Source: Nitrospina sp. (GTDB lineage: Bacteria > Nitrospinota > Nitrospinia > Nitrospinales > VA-1). From it: a stretch of 64,000 nt of DNA. The notes under the pieces are model-generated. The model was given only the letters and a program-made list of their open reading frames with translations, was not told the DNA's origin and ran no database searches. Both the position numbers and the translations under genes were made by a program. Shown here one piece after another: positions 35,189 through 45,624 of this stretch. The stretch covers positions 4,481-68,480 of the forward strand of contig JABIYR010000087.1 of assembly GCA_018702695.1 (NCBI GenBank). Direction: 5' to 3'. Numbering within the stretch: the first letter of the stretch is position 1; each line of letters begins with the position of its first letter.

Positions 35189-36094
35189 GTGGAGATTCTT
35201 GAAGACTCAAAACGGAATTGTTTTCAAGATGAAACGTTGCATAATTTTTTGACGGAAGCCTGCGAAAAGTTTTTGCAGGCAGGAGTCTCTTCTCCAAGAT
35301 TGGATGCGGAGATATTGATTGCAGAGGGGCTTAATATTTCCAGAACAGCGTTGCTGACGCACCCCGAGCGCATTTTGAGTAAAGCTGAAATAGAGATGCT
35401 TGCGCATCGAATTCAGCGAAGGGTCTTACGCGAACCGGTTTCTCATATTCTCGGTGTTCAGGAATTCTGGTCGCTCGAATTCGAAGTGAGTGAAAAAGTT
35501 TTAACCCCCCGCCCTGAAACAGAAATCCTGATAGAGCAATGCTTGAAAGTGTTAGGAAAAACACCGGTCCCGATGCGAATTCTAGACTTAGGAACCGGGT
35601 CGGGAATACTTTCCATCATCTTGGCAAAAGAAATTCCACAGAGCCAAGTCACGGCTATTGAACAGTCTGTCGAAGCGTTACAAGTCGCTAGAAAAAATAT
35701 TTTACGTCATGCTGTGACACATCAAGTTTCTTTTGTCTCGGGTGATCTGATGACGGTAGATTGGCAAGGGCCGTATCACCTCATCGTTTCCAACCCTCCT
35801 TATATTGAATCGGCAGACCTGCCTCAGTGCATGCCGGAGGTCTATCAATACGAACCGGCACAAGCTCTAGATGGTGGTAGAGATGGTTTGGATTATTATC
35901 GCTTTATTGTGCCGAAGGCATGGGAAAATTTGACGGATAATGGTTTATTAGTTTTAGAGATAGGTCATACACAGGCCGAGTCTGTGGTCGATTTCATGAA
36001 AAGAGATTCGGCTTATCAAGATATTCAAGTGGTGCAGGACTATTCAGGCTATGACAGAGTGGTGCTGGCTCGCAAAAGGACTTCAAATGGATAA
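35189..36094 (+). CDS. prmC: Release-factor glutamine N5-methyltransferase
   Basis: 301 aa, GTG start 1 nt after the prfA stop. DLGTGSGIL SAM motif and SNPPYI. Confidence 0.95.
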   Translation: MEILEDSKRNCFQDETLHNFLTEACEKFLQAGVSSPRLDAEILIAEGLNISRTALLTHPERILSKAEIEMLAHRIQRRVLREPVSHILGVQEFWSLEFEVSEKVLTPRPETEILIEQCLKVLGKTPVPMRILDLGTGSGILSIILAKEIPQSQVTAIEQSVEALQVARKNILRHAVTHQVSFVSGDLMTVDWQGPYHLIVSNPPYIESADLPQCMPEVYQYEPAQALDGGRDGLDYYRFIVPKAWENLTDNGLLVLEIGHTQAESVVDFMKRDSAYQDIQVVQDYSGYDRVVLARKRTSNG

Positions 36095-37343
36095 AATTGT
36101 TATCGAGGGTGGGCGGCCTTTAGAAGGAACGGTAAAAGTGAGTGGGGCTAAAAATGCGGTCCTTCCTATTCTAGCGGCGACACTTCTAACGCGGGGACGA
36201 AATATCATCGAAGGGGTTCCAAACGTTCGCGATGTGAAAACCATGATCAGGCTCTTGCAAGACCTTGGTGCGGAAGTGGCGAGTTATGAAGATGAAAAAA
36301 TTATTTTAGACACGTCTTCGGCAAATAATCCAGAAGCACCTTATGATTTAGTCTCAACCATGCGAGCATCCTGTCTGGTTTTGGGGCCTCTATTGGCCAA
36401 GTTAGGCCGAGCGCGGGTTTCCCTTCCGGGTGGGTGTGCGATTGGGGCGCGACCGATTGACTTTCATATTAAAGGATTGGAAGCCATGGGAGCAAAGATC
36501 TGGTTAGATCATGGTTATGTCCACGGAACCGCTGATTGTCTTAAAGGCATTCAGTTTTATTTTGATACGGTATCGGTGACAGGTACGGCGAACCTGATGA
36601 TGGCGGCATGTCTTGCAGAAGGGGAAACGGTTCTGGAAAATGCGGCCAAGGAACCAGAAGTGGTTTTTCTGGCAGATGTTCTCAGCCAAGCCGGGGCGAA
36701 AATTAAAGGGCAAGGCACCGACATGATCACCATTCAAGGAGTTGCTTCCTTGCAACCGATTGAGTGTCGCATCTTCCCCGACCGCATTGAAGCCGGCACT
36801 TACATGATCGCGGCGGCCATTACTCGCGGAGATGTATTGGTTGAGAATTGCATCCCACAACATCTGGAGCCGGTTATATTGAAACTTCAGGAGGCTCAAG
36901 TGGATGTGGACGTGAAAGAAACTTCAATTCGCGTTCAGGGCAGACGTCCCCTGCTTGCGGTGAATGCCAAGACCAATCCGTATCCAGCTTTTCCAACGGA
37001 TATTCAGGCACAATTCATGGCATTGATGACTTTAGCACGCGGACAGAGTATTATTATGGAGACCGTATTTGAGAATCGGTTTATGCATGTTGCGGAATTA
37101 AAAAGGATGGGAGCTGACATCACACTCGATGGACATACGGCGGTCATCAATGGAATCGAAGGACTTTCAGGAGCTCCTTTAATGGCGACCGATCTTCGGG
37201 CCAGTGCTTCACTTGTTTTGGCGGCCTTAGCGGCAAAAGGACAGTCTGTCATTTCTCGTGTGTATCATATCGATCGTGGATATGTGGGCATGGAAAAGAA
37301 GCTTTCCAGCCTGGGTGCCCGAATTCAAAGGCTTGCCAATTAA
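36087..37343 (+). CDS. murA: UDP-N-acetylglucosamine 1-carboxyvinyltransferase
   Basis: The ORF track opens at 36051. ATG 36087 gives [31 protein letters not shown] (418 aa) and overlaps the prmC stop by 8 nt. Confidence 0.97.
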   Translation: MDKIVIEGGRPLEGTVKVSGAKNAVLPILAATLLTRGRNIIEGVPNVRDVKTMIRLLQDLGAEVASYEDEKIILDTSSANNPEAPYDLVSTMRASCLVLGPLLAKLGRARVSLPGGCAIGARPIDFHIKGLEAMGAKIWLDHGYVHGTADCLKGIQFYFDTVSVTGTANLMMAACLAEGETVLENAAKEPEVVFLADVLSQAGAKIKGQGTDMITIQGVASLQPIECRIFPDRIEAGTYMIAAAITRGDVLVENCIPQHLEPVILKLQEAQVDVDVKETSIRVQGRRPLLAVNAKTNPYPAFPTDIQAQFMALMTLARGQSIIMETVFENRFMHVAELKRMGADITLDGHTAVINGIEGLSGAPLMATDLRASASLVLAALAAKGQSVISRVYHIDRGYVGMEKKLSSLGARIQRLAN

Positions 37344-37389
37344 ACTCGTTTTAATCTTCTCAGTCATTACTAACCTTTAGGCTTGGGTT

Positions 37390-38469
37390 ATGGATACAAC
37401 GCGCCCCCTTTACAGTCAGGAGATCCAGAGTTTTTTGTTGTGGATGCCCAATTGGGTTGGCGATGTGGTATTGACACTTCCCGTTATCCAATCTTTGCGC
37501 CGTGCTTACCCGGTGGCCCGCATTTCGGTGGTTGTTAAATCTCCATCCGACGAACTACTCCTGGGTCACCCAGCCATCGACACGGTTTTGACTTTGCCCT
37601 CTGGGTCGGACAACGGGTTCTGGCAAAAGGTGCAATTTTCAAGAAACCTAAAAAAATTCAATTTTGATGTTGGGGTGGTGTTTCCAAATTCATTTGGTTC
37701 TGCATTTCTCTTAAGCTTAACGGGGGTGAAATATCGATTGGGCTATGCCACCGATGCAAGAGATATTTTTCTCACTCACCCTGTTAAGACGACGTCTCAT
37801 CTAAAAAAAACACAGTATCGCGTTGAATATTTTTTTAAAATTCTTTCGGCCTTAAAACTGGATGTGCCAGACCGTAAATTTTCTAGGTTGATTGCGCAGG
37901 AAGGGGATGCGACAACTCGAGAGGTCATGCGCGAAATGGGCTTGGATGAAGACGAGGAGTTTTTAATCTTGCACCCGGGAACCTCAAAGGTGGAGAGAGG
38001 TTGGCATGCGGAAAGATTTGGAATATTGTGCCAGAAGCTGAATAAAGAGGATGAGAGACGAGTTGTTCTCATTGGTACAGAAAAAGAATCGGAGTTGTTA
38101 GATCGAATTAGAAATTCCTGTCAACCTGGAACGATCAAAGTCGTTCCTTCCGTGAACTTGAGAGTTTTAGCGGGGTTGCTGGGCAAAAGCCGATTGTTCA
38201 TTGGTAATGACAGTGGAATGATGCACCTTGCGGCAATGGTCGGGGTTCCGGTTTTAGGAATTTTTGGGCCGGGTAGTCCTGATACGACAGGCCCTTATAT
38301 GCCAGTAGAAAAACACGAGGTGGTGAGCAAGAACTATACGTGCTCACCCTGCAGGCAGAGGTTTTTTAAGGAGTGCAAGCCTTCTCCGTTACAGAAACCG
38401 TATTGCCTTGAAGACATTACAGTGAAGGATATGCATGAGGCCATTCATCGTTTGTTGGAGCGGTATTAA
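37390..38469 (+). CDS. Glycosyltransferase family 9 (LPS heptosyltransferase-like)
   Basis: 359 aa, MPNWVGDVVLTLPVIQSLRRAYPVARISVVVK, GNDSGMMHLAAMVGVPVLGIFGP. Confidence 0.9.
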   Translation: MDTTRPLYSQEIQSFLLWMPNWVGDVVLTLPVIQSLRRAYPVARISVVVKSPSDELLLGHPAIDTVLTLPSGSDNGFWQKVQFSRNLKKFNFDVGVVFPNSFGSAFLLSLTGVKYRLGYATDARDIFLTHPVKTTSHLKKTQYRVEYFFKILSALKLDVPDRKFSRLIAQEGDATTREVMREMGLDEDEEFLILHPGTSKVERGWHAERFGILCQKLNKEDERRVVLIGTEKESELLDRIRNSCQPGTIKVVPSVNLRVLAGLLGKSRLFIGNDSGMMHLAAMVGVPVLGIFGPGSPDTTGPYMPVEKHEVVSKNYTCSPCRQRFFKECKPSPLQKPYCLEDITVKDMHEAIHRLLERY

Positions 38470-38482
38470 ACGTGACCCGCAG

Positions 38483-38872
38483 TCATTTTTTGAGGTGGCC
38501 TGAGAGGGCGGGTCTGGCAGAGGGTAGACCATAATAGTCGCGTATTAATTCTTCTTCGACGGTTGTCATGTTCAGGACATGGGTGACTGTGGGTGCCTCG
38601 GCCATAGATTCTTTTCTCCACTCAGTGGATACTTTCCCTAAATCTATTACGGTACGGATTTCAACAGGGAGAATCACGGTCTTGCCTTGCACTTGTAGAT
38701 AACCTCCCAAATTTATGATCAAATAATAACAGTGATAAGTTTTGCTGTCTGCCAGCACGGCATCAATTCGGGCAATGGCTTCATCGAATTTGTCATAGAG
38801 ATAGCAACCTATGACGCGGTCTTTTTTTCTTAATTTGAAATGGTTTTCAGATACATGAACCAAGGGCATCAT
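38483..38872 (-). CDS. Hypothetical protein, no family recognised
   Basis: 129-aa ORF in a gene-sized gap, divergent from 38963..39355. No motif I can name. Confidence 0.5.
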   Translation of the reverse strand: MMPLVHVSENHFKLRKKDRVIGCYLYDKFDEAIARIDAVLADSKTYHCYYLIINLGGYLQVQGKTVILPVEIRTVIDLGKVSTEWRKESMAEAPTVTHVLNMTTVEEELIRDYYGLPSARPALSGHLKK

Positions 38873-38962
38873 ATTTCAGCCTGAACGATTAGTGTTTGCC
38901 TCGAAATTATAGCAAATGTAGGCAATGTCCATACGCCGTCTAAAATATTAGAAAATAAAACC

Positions 38963-39355
38963 ATGCAATTATGTCAGCGTTGTGATGAAAGGTTTTCCGA
39001 CACGCACTCCTTCTGCCCAGACTGTAACGGGCAACTGGTGGCATGGATTGGGCAGGAAGAGGCTCCGGATATCGTGGTGCTCTGCACGGTTTTAGACGAG
39101 GCCAAAGCTCATATCATGCGAGGCTTTCTGGAAAGCGAAGGCATTCCCTGCCAACTCGAAAATATATCTTTTCATGCCGCACCCGCTCCAGTAGCCGACC
39201 TGACAAAGGTTCGACTCTGGACATTGAGAGAAGATTCTGAGCGAGCGAGTCAGTTATTGGAAGAACGAGAAAAGGTTTTGGTTTGTTTTGCCTGCAAAAT
39301 GGAGGTTTTGGTAGAAGATGTTGTCTGTCCGCATTGTGGCGAGAGCGAAGATTGA
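38963..39355 (+). CDS. DUF2007-like (putative signal-transducing) domain flanked by two zinc-ribbon motifs
   Basis: 130 aa. N-terminal CQRC..CPDC and C-terminal CFAC..CPHC bracket a core resembling DUF2007 (EAKAHIMRGFLESEGIPCQL). Confidence 0.6.
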   Translation: MQLCQRCDERFSDTHSFCPDCNGQLVAWIGQEEAPDIVVLCTVLDEAKAHIMRGFLESEGIPCQLENISFHAAPAPVADLTKVRLWTLREDSERASQLLEEREKVLVCFACKMEVLVEDVVCPHCGESED

Positions 39356-39359
39356 GCGA

Positions 39360-40046
39360 TCAGTCTGAAAATCGGAACTTGATGATATACCAAATTGCGG
39401 CAAAGCCATCTTTCCAAGTGATTTTTTTTCCCTCTGAATAGTCTCTGCCACTGTATGAAATGGGGACTTCATAGACCTTGAATTTGTTTTTAGCGACCTT
39501 GGCGGTGAATTCGGGTTCAAAGCCAAAGCGGTCACAGGTGAAGGTCAGCGAGTTGTTCACCCTTTTGGTGAAGACTTTGTATCCCGTTTCCATGTCGGTC
39601 AAATTCAGGTTGGTGAACATATTGGACAACGTGGTCAGGAATTTATTTCCGAGATAATGCCAGAAGAACAAGACCCGATGCGTTCCCCCTAGGAAACGAG
39701 ATCCATAAACGACATCGGCTCGCCCGTCAAGAATGGGTTCCAATAAAATTCCATAGTCTATGGGATTGTATTCGAGGTCAGCATCTTGAATGATGATGAC
39801 TTCGCCTTGGGTTTTGGAAAAACCCGTTCGCAATGCGGCGCCTTTACCTTGGTTGTAATCGTGGTAGAGAACCTGAAAATTTTCCCGACCTTCGTATTCC
39901 TTCAACACATCTCGTGTTCCATCGGTCGAATAATCATCGATGAGGATGATCTCTTTATCATAATCGACCGCTTCCACTTTGGATACTACAGTCCGAAGTG
40001 AATCGCGTTCATTATAAATTGGAATGACGATAGAAAGTTTAAGCAA
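39360..40046 (-). CDS. Glycosyltransferase family 2, polyprenyl-phosphate sugar synthase (Dpm1-like)
   Basis: ORF 39360..40157. Homologs start at [11 protein letters not shown], so I place the start at in-frame TTG 40046 (228 aa). [23 protein letters not shown]. Confidence 0.85.
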   Translation of the reverse strand: MLKLSIVIPIYNERDSLRTVVSKVEAVDYDKEIILIDDYSTDGTRDVLKEYEGRENFQVLYHDYNQGKGAALRTGFSKTQGEVIIIQDADLEYNPIDYGILLEPILDGRADVVYGSRFLGGTHRVLFFWHYLGNKFLTTLSNMFTNLNLTDMETGYKVFTKRVNNSLTFTCDRFGFEPEFTAKVAKNKFKVYEVPISYSGRDYSEGKKITWKDGFAAIWYIIKFRFSD

Positions 40047-40054
40047 GATAATGT

Positions 40055-40234
40055 TTAGAATAGGGTGTATATGAACGGAGCAACGGCACTGCCCTCTGTC
40101 AGAACTATCAACAAGCTCATCAATAACATGATAAAGACAATAGGCCCTAACCACCATTTCTTCCGGGTTTTAAGGAAATCCCAGAATTCTGTTAATAAGG
40201 CTAGCTTGCTGTCTGGATCGGACTGATTGCTCAT
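40055..40234 (-). CDS. DUF5989-like small membrane protein (59 aa, absent from ORF track)
   Basis: Hand translation gives [59 protein letters not shown]. It matches my memory of the DUF5989 consensus (RKKWW..single [10 protein letters not shown]). The stop is 8 nt before the GT2 TTG. Confidence 0.8.
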   Translation of the reverse strand: MSNQSDPDSKLALLTEFWDFLKTRKKWWLGPIVFIMLLMSLLIVLTEGSAVAPFIYTLF

Positions 40235-40318
40235 TGGAAACCTTTATTAATTATTTACATTCAATAGAGTTTAGAACAAGAACGATCCAAAGTCTAAAAT
40301 AAATTTAACGGGATTCAA

Positions 40319-40861
40319 CTATATTTCCTTGAGTGAATTCCTCATTTGTCGAGATAAATGATTACCCGCTATCCCGGTTAAAACTCCTGTCAAAAGAGCC
40401 AGTGAGAAAAAAAAGGGAAGCAAAACGAAAAATGTGGTTTGTTTAATAAGGAAAATATATACACAGGTTGCGTTGATAAAGGTGTGGGCATAGGCTCCGC
40501 AGACGCTAATGCCAATGAGGCTGAAAGGACCTTTGCCGCCATGATAAATCACACCCATCACTGCGGTGCTGCCCAGACCGCCTGCGAGACTGAGAAAAAA
40601 AGTGGGCCCAAAAAAGGTTCCCGCAAGAATAGAACCCAGTATGACCCGGAGCAATGTTACGATAAAAGCCTCTCGAACTCCCAAATAAACGAGAGCCAGA
40701 AGGGTCATGAGATTGGCCAAACCAAGCTTGACCCAAGGGGTGGGCAATGGGAGCAAGGCTTCAAGGCGATGTAATATCACTCCTAAAGCCACCATCAAAG
40801 CCATGATGATTATTTTTTTTTCGGGGGCAACATAATCGGGCGAGAGGTCTTCCGGTTTCAT
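40319..40861 (-). CDS. Gx transporter family membrane protein (heptaprenyl diphosphate synthase component I-like, PF07456)
   Basis: 180 aa, 5-6 TM. KLGLANLMTLLALVYLG, LRVILGSILAGTF. The start overlaps the clpC stop by 4 nt. Confidence 0.75.
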   Translation of the reverse strand: MKPEDLSPDYVAPEKKIIIMALMVALGVILHRLEALLPLPTPWVKLGLANLMTLLALVYLGVREAFIVTLLRVILGSILAGTFFGPTFFLSLAGGLGSTAVMGVIYHGGKGPFSLIGISVCGAYAHTFINATCVYIFLIKQTTFFVLLPFFFSLALLTGVLTGIAGNHLSRQMRNSLKEI

Positions 40862-43308
40862 TTGTTGCTGGAGAAATGAAATTCCCCTTTTTTGAGATTC
40901 ACGTTAATCTGATCGCCAAACTTAAACTCCCCGGTCAGAATTTTCATAGAGATAGGGTTTTCCAGCTCACTCTCAATCAAACGCTTTAAAGGTCGAGCCC
41001 CATAAATTTCGCTATAACCGTCTTCAGAAAGTTTGTCGATGGCCTGGGGTGTGACATTCATGGAAAGATTTTTATCGTGCAGGCGTTTGTTGAGATTTTG
41101 AATCATCAAATCGGCAATAGCGCGAATATTTTCTTGGGTTAAAGAGTGGAAGACAATCAGGTCATCCAAGCGGTTGAGAAATTCGGGTTTGAACAGTTTT
41201 TTGGCTTCATTCAGCACCATGCTTTTAATGGCCGAATATTGTTTGCTGACTTCTTTTTTGGCGAAACCAATTCCTTTGTTGGTTTCAGAAATGGATTTCG
41301 AGCCAATGTTAGATGTGCCAATAATGATCGCATTTTTAAAACTGGTGACGCGCCCATGTGCATCGGTCAACCTGCCGTCATCCAACAGTTGCAGAAGGAT
41401 GTTGAAAACATCCGGGTGTGCTTTTTCCAATTCGTCCAACAGGATGACCGAGTACGGGTGTCTGCGAACTTTTTCGGTCAGTTGACCGCCTTCGTCATAG
41501 CCCACATAGCCCGGTGGGGAGCCAATAATTTTTGAGACGGAATGTTTTTCCATGTATTCCGACATATCGAGTCGAATCAGTCTGTTTTCGTCATCAAGCA
41601 GAAATTCTGCCAACGCTTTTGCCAGCTCTGTTTTTCCCACTCCGGTGGGGCCGAGCATGAGAAACGACCCGATGGGTTTGTCTTTTTCTTTGAGGCCGGC
41701 TCGGTTTCTACGGATGGCATTGCTGACTGCGATGATGGCGTTGTCTTGACCAACGACTCTTTTATGAAGATTGTCTTCCATATGAGTCAATTTGTCTTGC
41801 TCTGTTTCTTGAATTTTATTTACCGGAATTCCTGTCCATTCTGCCACGACGTTGGCGATATCTTCAGCGGTAACATTATTATCCATTGTCGAGAGCGTTT
41901 TTTTCCATTCGCTACGTTCTTTTTCTAGCTTTTCGTCAAGGGTTAGGATTTCCTGACGCAGGGACGCGACAGACTGGAATTTTTGATGCTGAAACTCTTC
42001 TTTCTGCTTGAGATTGAGGCGGTTTTTTTCGTTCTCCAGCTCTCTGATATGGGTGGGGACATTGATCAGGGCCAGATGCTTCTGAGCGCCGGCCTCGTCC
42101 AATAAATCTACTGCCTTATCAGGCAAAGCCCGGTCGGAGATATGTTTTTCAGAAAATTTTGCGGCTGTGGTCAAAGCCTCTTCCTGATAAACGATTGAAT
42201 GATGTTTTTCGTATCGAGATTTTAACCCATCGAGAATTTTAATGGTGCCCTCAACAGAAGGTTCTTGCACTAAAACAGGCTGAAACCGACGCGACAGAGC
42301 TTTGTCTTCCTCAATATGTGATTTGTATTCATCTAAAGTGGTGGCCCCTATGCATTGCAACTGCCCTTTAGAAAGAGCGGCCTTGAGCATGTTTGAAGCA
42401 TCGACACCGCCCGCTCCCGCTCCGGCACTGACAATGGTATGAAGCTCATCAATAAATAAAATGATGTTGCCCTGAGCGGCGATGATCTCGTCTTTCACCG
42501 CCTTCATGCGTTCTTCAAATTCTCCACGCATTTTGGCACCAGCAATGATTTCTGACATCTCCAATACTTTGACCCGTTTGCCGATCAGCGTCTCAGGAAC
42601 TTCAGAGTTAACGATTCTTTGCGCTAGACGTTCTACGAGTACCGTTTTCCCCACCCCCGGCTCGCCGATAATCACGGGGTTATTTTTTCTCCTCCTAGAA
42701 AGAATCTGAATGATGCGATTGATTTCTTTTTCACGCCCGATGACAGGGTCCAAAGCTCCTTTACGGGCCAGGTCAGTGAGGTCTGTTGTGTATTGCTCCA
42801 AAATGTCTGATTTTCCTTCAGTATCTTTATCCGCGATGGTTCGGCCTCCACGCAGTGCATCGACTTCGCTCTTTACCTTATCGTAGGTCAGGCCCTTTTC
42901 TTCAAGCAAGGTGGGTATTCTGCCTAGGCTTGGGTCAAAGAGAGCGAGAAGCGTCGCTTCTAGGCCAATGAATTTGTCTCCCAGAATTTTAGCTTGCTCT
43001 TGCGCTCCTTTGAATAGCGCTTCGGTTTCCTGTGGAACTTGAATATGCCCGATGGGGGCACCATGAATTTTGGGCTCGTCTTTTTGCAGCAAATAAATTT
43101 GTTCAATGATTTTTTGAGCCAGTTCCAGATCGTGGGGGTAAGCCGTTTCAAGGATCTCTGGAATTATGGATTCTTCCATGGCCAAGATGCCGAGCAAAAC
43201 GAAGTCAGGTGTCAGTGCATCTTGATGCAGGTTGATCATTTCCATAGACCCTACATTGAGTGCCTCGATTACCTTGTCCGTAAAATTGCGAATATGTTGT
43301 TGAAGCAT
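40858..43308 (-). CDS. clpC: ATP-dependent Clp protease ATP-binding subunit, ClpC-like (two AAA+ modules)
   Basis: 816 aa. Clp-N repeats, GEPGVGKT and GPTGVGKT Walker A motifs, a short middle domain, and a ClpP-docking-type loop NKGIGFAKK in D2. This favours ClpC/ClpA type over ClpB. Confidence 0.88.
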   Translation of the reverse strand: MLQQHIRNFTDKVIEALNVGSMEMINLHQDALTPDFVLLGILAMEESIIPEILETAYPHDLELAQKIIEQIYLLQKDEPKIHGAPIGHIQVPQETEALFKGAQEQAKILGDKFIGLEATLLALFDPSLGRIPTLLEEKGLTYDKVKSEVDALRGGRTIADKDTEGKSDILEQYTTDLTDLARKGALDPVIGREKEINRIIQILSRRRKNNPVIIGEPGVGKTVLVERLAQRIVNSEVPETLIGKRVKVLEMSEIIAGAKMRGEFEERMKAVKDEIIAAQGNIILFIDELHTIVSAGAGAGGVDASNMLKAALSKGQLQCIGATTLDEYKSHIEEDKALSRRFQPVLVQEPSVEGTIKILDGLKSRYEKHHSIVYQEEALTTAAKFSEKHISDRALPDKAVDLLDEAGAQKHLALINVPTHIRELENEKNRLNLKQKEEFQHQKFQSVASLRQEILTLDEKLEKERSEWKKTLSTMDNNVTAEDIANVVAEWTGIPVNKIQETEQDKLTHMEDNLHKRVVGQDNAIIAVSNAIRRNRAGLKEKDKPIGSFLMLGPTGVGKTELAKALAEFLLDDENRLIRLDMSEYMEKHSVSKIIGSPPGYVGYDEGGQLTEKVRRHPYSVILLDELEKAHPDVFNILLQLLDDGRLTDAHGRVTSFKNAIIIGTSNIGSKSISETNKGIGFAKKEVSKQYSAIKSMVLNEAKKLFKPEFLNRLDDLIVFHSLTQENIRAIADLMIQNLNKRLHDKNLSMNVTPQAIDKLSEDGYSEIYGARPLKRLIESELENPISMKILTGEFKFGDQINVNLKKGEFHFSSNK

Positions 43309-43311
43309 GGG

Positions 43312-44262
43312 TCAGCTCTTAGGATTGAAGGTTAATAAAGTCTGCATATGAAGCTGGACCGAGTCGCTCAAGGCATTATAGTCATAGCCTCCCTCAAGCA
43401 TGGAAAGTATGCGTCCAGAGCAAACATCTTGCGCAACCTGCATCAACAATTCGGTCATTTTTCCAAAACATTCGGTGGTCAGCTGAATTTGTGCCAGAGG
43501 GTCATTTTTATGCGCGTCAAATCCGGCGGAAATAATGATCAAGTCCGGATTGTATCGTTGAATTTCTGAGATCAGTCTGTTTTCTACTGCCGCAATATAG
43601 TCTTCATCATCGGAATAGGCATCCATGGGGAGGTTTAATGTCGTGCCCAGCCCCTCTCCCGTCCCTGTTTCCTCCTCTGCGCCAGACCCTGGGTAAAAAG
43701 GGTGCTGATGGGCACTGGCATAATATACGGAGGGGTCATTATAGAACGAGTGTTGAGTTCCATTGCCATGATGAACATCCCAATCGAAAATAAAAATTTT
43801 ATTTAAAGCTTTTATTTTTTGTGCGTAACGGGCGGCGATGGCAACATTATTGAATAGGCAGAAACCCATCGCACGGTCCTGTTCGGCATGATGACCGGGG
43901 GGGCGCACCGCGCAAAAGGCATTGTTGATCTTGCCATCCACGAGTTGATCGATAGCCGTCATCCCCGCACCAGCACTCAAAAGTGCGGCGTTATAAGAGT
44001 CTTGCGAGATGACGGTGTCGGCATCCAAATTACGATTATGGTCGGCGCAATTTTGCTCTACGCTAGCTATATAGCCCAGATCGTGAATGTTTGCTATTTC
44101 ATCGACGGTGGCCTTGCGGGGTTGTATTGGAGTGAGGTTGTTGTAAAATTCGGAAGATTCCAGCCTATTCTGAATGGCTGTCAACCGACCGGGGTTTTCG
44201 GGATGCGGTTCCGTTTCATGGAGAAGATAAAATGGATCTGATGCGTAACCCGTTTTATTCAT
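43312..44262 (-). CDS. Histone deacetylase-family (class II HDAC / acetoin-utilisation AcuC-like) protein
   Basis: ORF 43312..44376. Likely start is ATG 44262 (MNKTGYASDPFYLLHE, GGAAGG SD). VRPPGHHAE, DWDVHHGNGTQ, EGGY motifs. Confidence 0.9.
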   Translation of the reverse strand: MNKTGYASDPFYLLHETEPHPENPGRLTAIQNRLESSEFYNNLTPIQPRKATVDEIANIHDLGYIASVEQNCADHNRNLDADTVISQDSYNAALLSAGAGMTAIDQLVDGKINNAFCAVRPPGHHAEQDRAMGFCLFNNVAIAARYAQKIKALNKIFIFDWDVHHGNGTQHSFYNDPSVYYASAHQHPFYPGSGAEEETGTGEGLGTTLNLPMDAYSDDEDYIAAVENRLISEIQRYNPDLIIISAGFDAHKNDPLAQIQLTTECFGKMTELLMQVAQDVCSGRILSMLEGGYDYNALSDSVQLHMQTLLTFNPKS

Positions 44263-44343
44263 TATGTGGACCTTCCCGTTCGAGAGCCTCGTGGTTCTTG
44301 ATAGCTTAACAAGAATATTGTGGTGAAAATATCTGTTTATACA

Positions 44344-44366
44344 TTCGAGAGTATCAGACTCTCGAA
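44344..44366. promoter_or_regulatory. Perfect 9-5-9 palindrome in the divergent deacetylase / queG promoter region
   Basis: TTCGAGAGT atcag ACTCTCGAA. A third TTCGAGAG half-site lies at 44279-44286. Confidence 0.4.
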
Positions 44367-44389
44367 ATTGAATCAACTTCCTTAGGCTT

Positions 44390-45523
44390 ATGATCCCTGT
44401 AGCAAATAAAGAGAAACTGGAGTGCCTAGAATCTTTTTCTAAAAGTTTGGGTTTTGATGGCTTTGGGGTAGCAAGCCCTGAAGTCGGCCCGGCAGGTGAG
44501 AGGTTTGGGGAATGGTTGGATGCCGACTATGAAGGTGAAATGGCTTATATCCGGCGTGGTGAAGAGAAACGGAAAAACCCTGATCTCGTGTTGGAAGGAG
44601 TGAAAAGTATTCTATGTTTTCGTACTAACTACTACAGCAGAGAAAAGGATATGAGTTATGTCGAGCATCGAGATATTGGCGATATCTCAATCTATGCTTT
44701 GAACAAAGATTATCACGATATTGTTACGCCACGTTTGCGCAAGGTGGAGGAAAAAATTCAGCAGACGTTTATGGGATGTAAGACCCGAATTTATGTGGAC
44801 ACAGGCCCCATTCTCGAAAAACCCTTAGCTCAACAAGCGGGCTTAGGATGGATAGGAAAACATACCAATCTGATCAGTCAGGGGGTGGGGTCTTGGTATT
44901 TCCTCTCTGAGATTCTGACCGATGTGGTTCTCCCACCATCGCAACCGGAACAAGACCATTGTGGCACTTGTAGAAACTGTATCGATATCTGCCCGACACA
45001 GGCCATCATCGCGCCTTATGTGTTGGATGCAAGGCGGTGTATTTCTTATCTCAATATTGAGTTAAAAGGAGTCATCCCTATTGAGTACAGAAAGGCCATT
45101 GGCAATCGAATTTATGGTTGCGATGATTGCCAGATTGTTTGTCCGTGGAATTCGTATGCCGTCAAAACCGAGGAACCTGAGTTTCAGGGAAAACAAGACA
45201 GCTTAAACCTGATAGACTTGATTCAGCTCGATACAGAAATGTTTAGGCGAAGGTTTAAGGGAAGCCCGATCAAGCGAATTAAGCGGCGAGGCCTACTTAG
45301 AAATGTTGCCGTAGCCCTCGGCAATTCGGGCAACCCACAAGCTATAGCCCCGCTTATCAAGGTGCTTGATGATGAAGAACCTTTAATTAAGGCGCATGCA
45401 ATCTGGGCCTTGGGGGAACTTGCAGGCCCTGAGATCATCGCGATACTTAGTGAGAAATTAAAAGACGAGAAAGAAGCGATGGTTCTCGAAGAATTGGCGC
45501 TAGTGATGGCGAAATTTGATTAG
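44390..45523 (+). CDS. queG: tRNA epoxyqueuosine(34) reductase
   Basis: 377 aa, two 4Fe-4S motifs CGTCRNCIDICP and CDDCQIVCPWN, C-terminal HEAT-like repeats. Confidence 0.92.
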   Translation: MIPVANKEKLECLESFSKSLGFDGFGVASPEVGPAGERFGEWLDADYEGEMAYIRRGEEKRKNPDLVLEGVKSILCFRTNYYSREKDMSYVEHRDIGDISIYALNKDYHDIVTPRLRKVEEKIQQTFMGCKTRIYVDTGPILEKPLAQQAGLGWIGKHTNLISQGVGSWYFLSEILTDVVLPPSQPEQDHCGTCRNCIDICPTQAIIAPYVLDARRCISYLNIELKGVIPIEYRKAIGNRIYGCDDCQIVCPWNSYAVKTEEPEFQGKQDSLNLIDLIQLDTEMFRRRFKGSPIKRIKRRGLLRNVAVALGNSGNPQAIAPLIKVLDDEEPLIKAHAIWALGELAGPEIIAILSEKLKDEKEAMVLEELALVMAKFD

Positions 45524-45624
45524 AGTAAGGAACCGCTTTGCTTCGCATACAAGATGTTTTGCTATCGAGGGTGAAAGGCTCTACCGGCATTTTCAAGATC
45601 ATGATCGTTTTAGAGCTGTGACGT

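Noticed and set aside
40858-43308. Considered calling the AAA+ protein ClpB (disaggregase).
   Set aside because: At 816 aa it has a short middle domain and a ClpP-docking-type IGF loop in D2, which fits ClpC/ClpA-type better. This still needs HMM confirmation.
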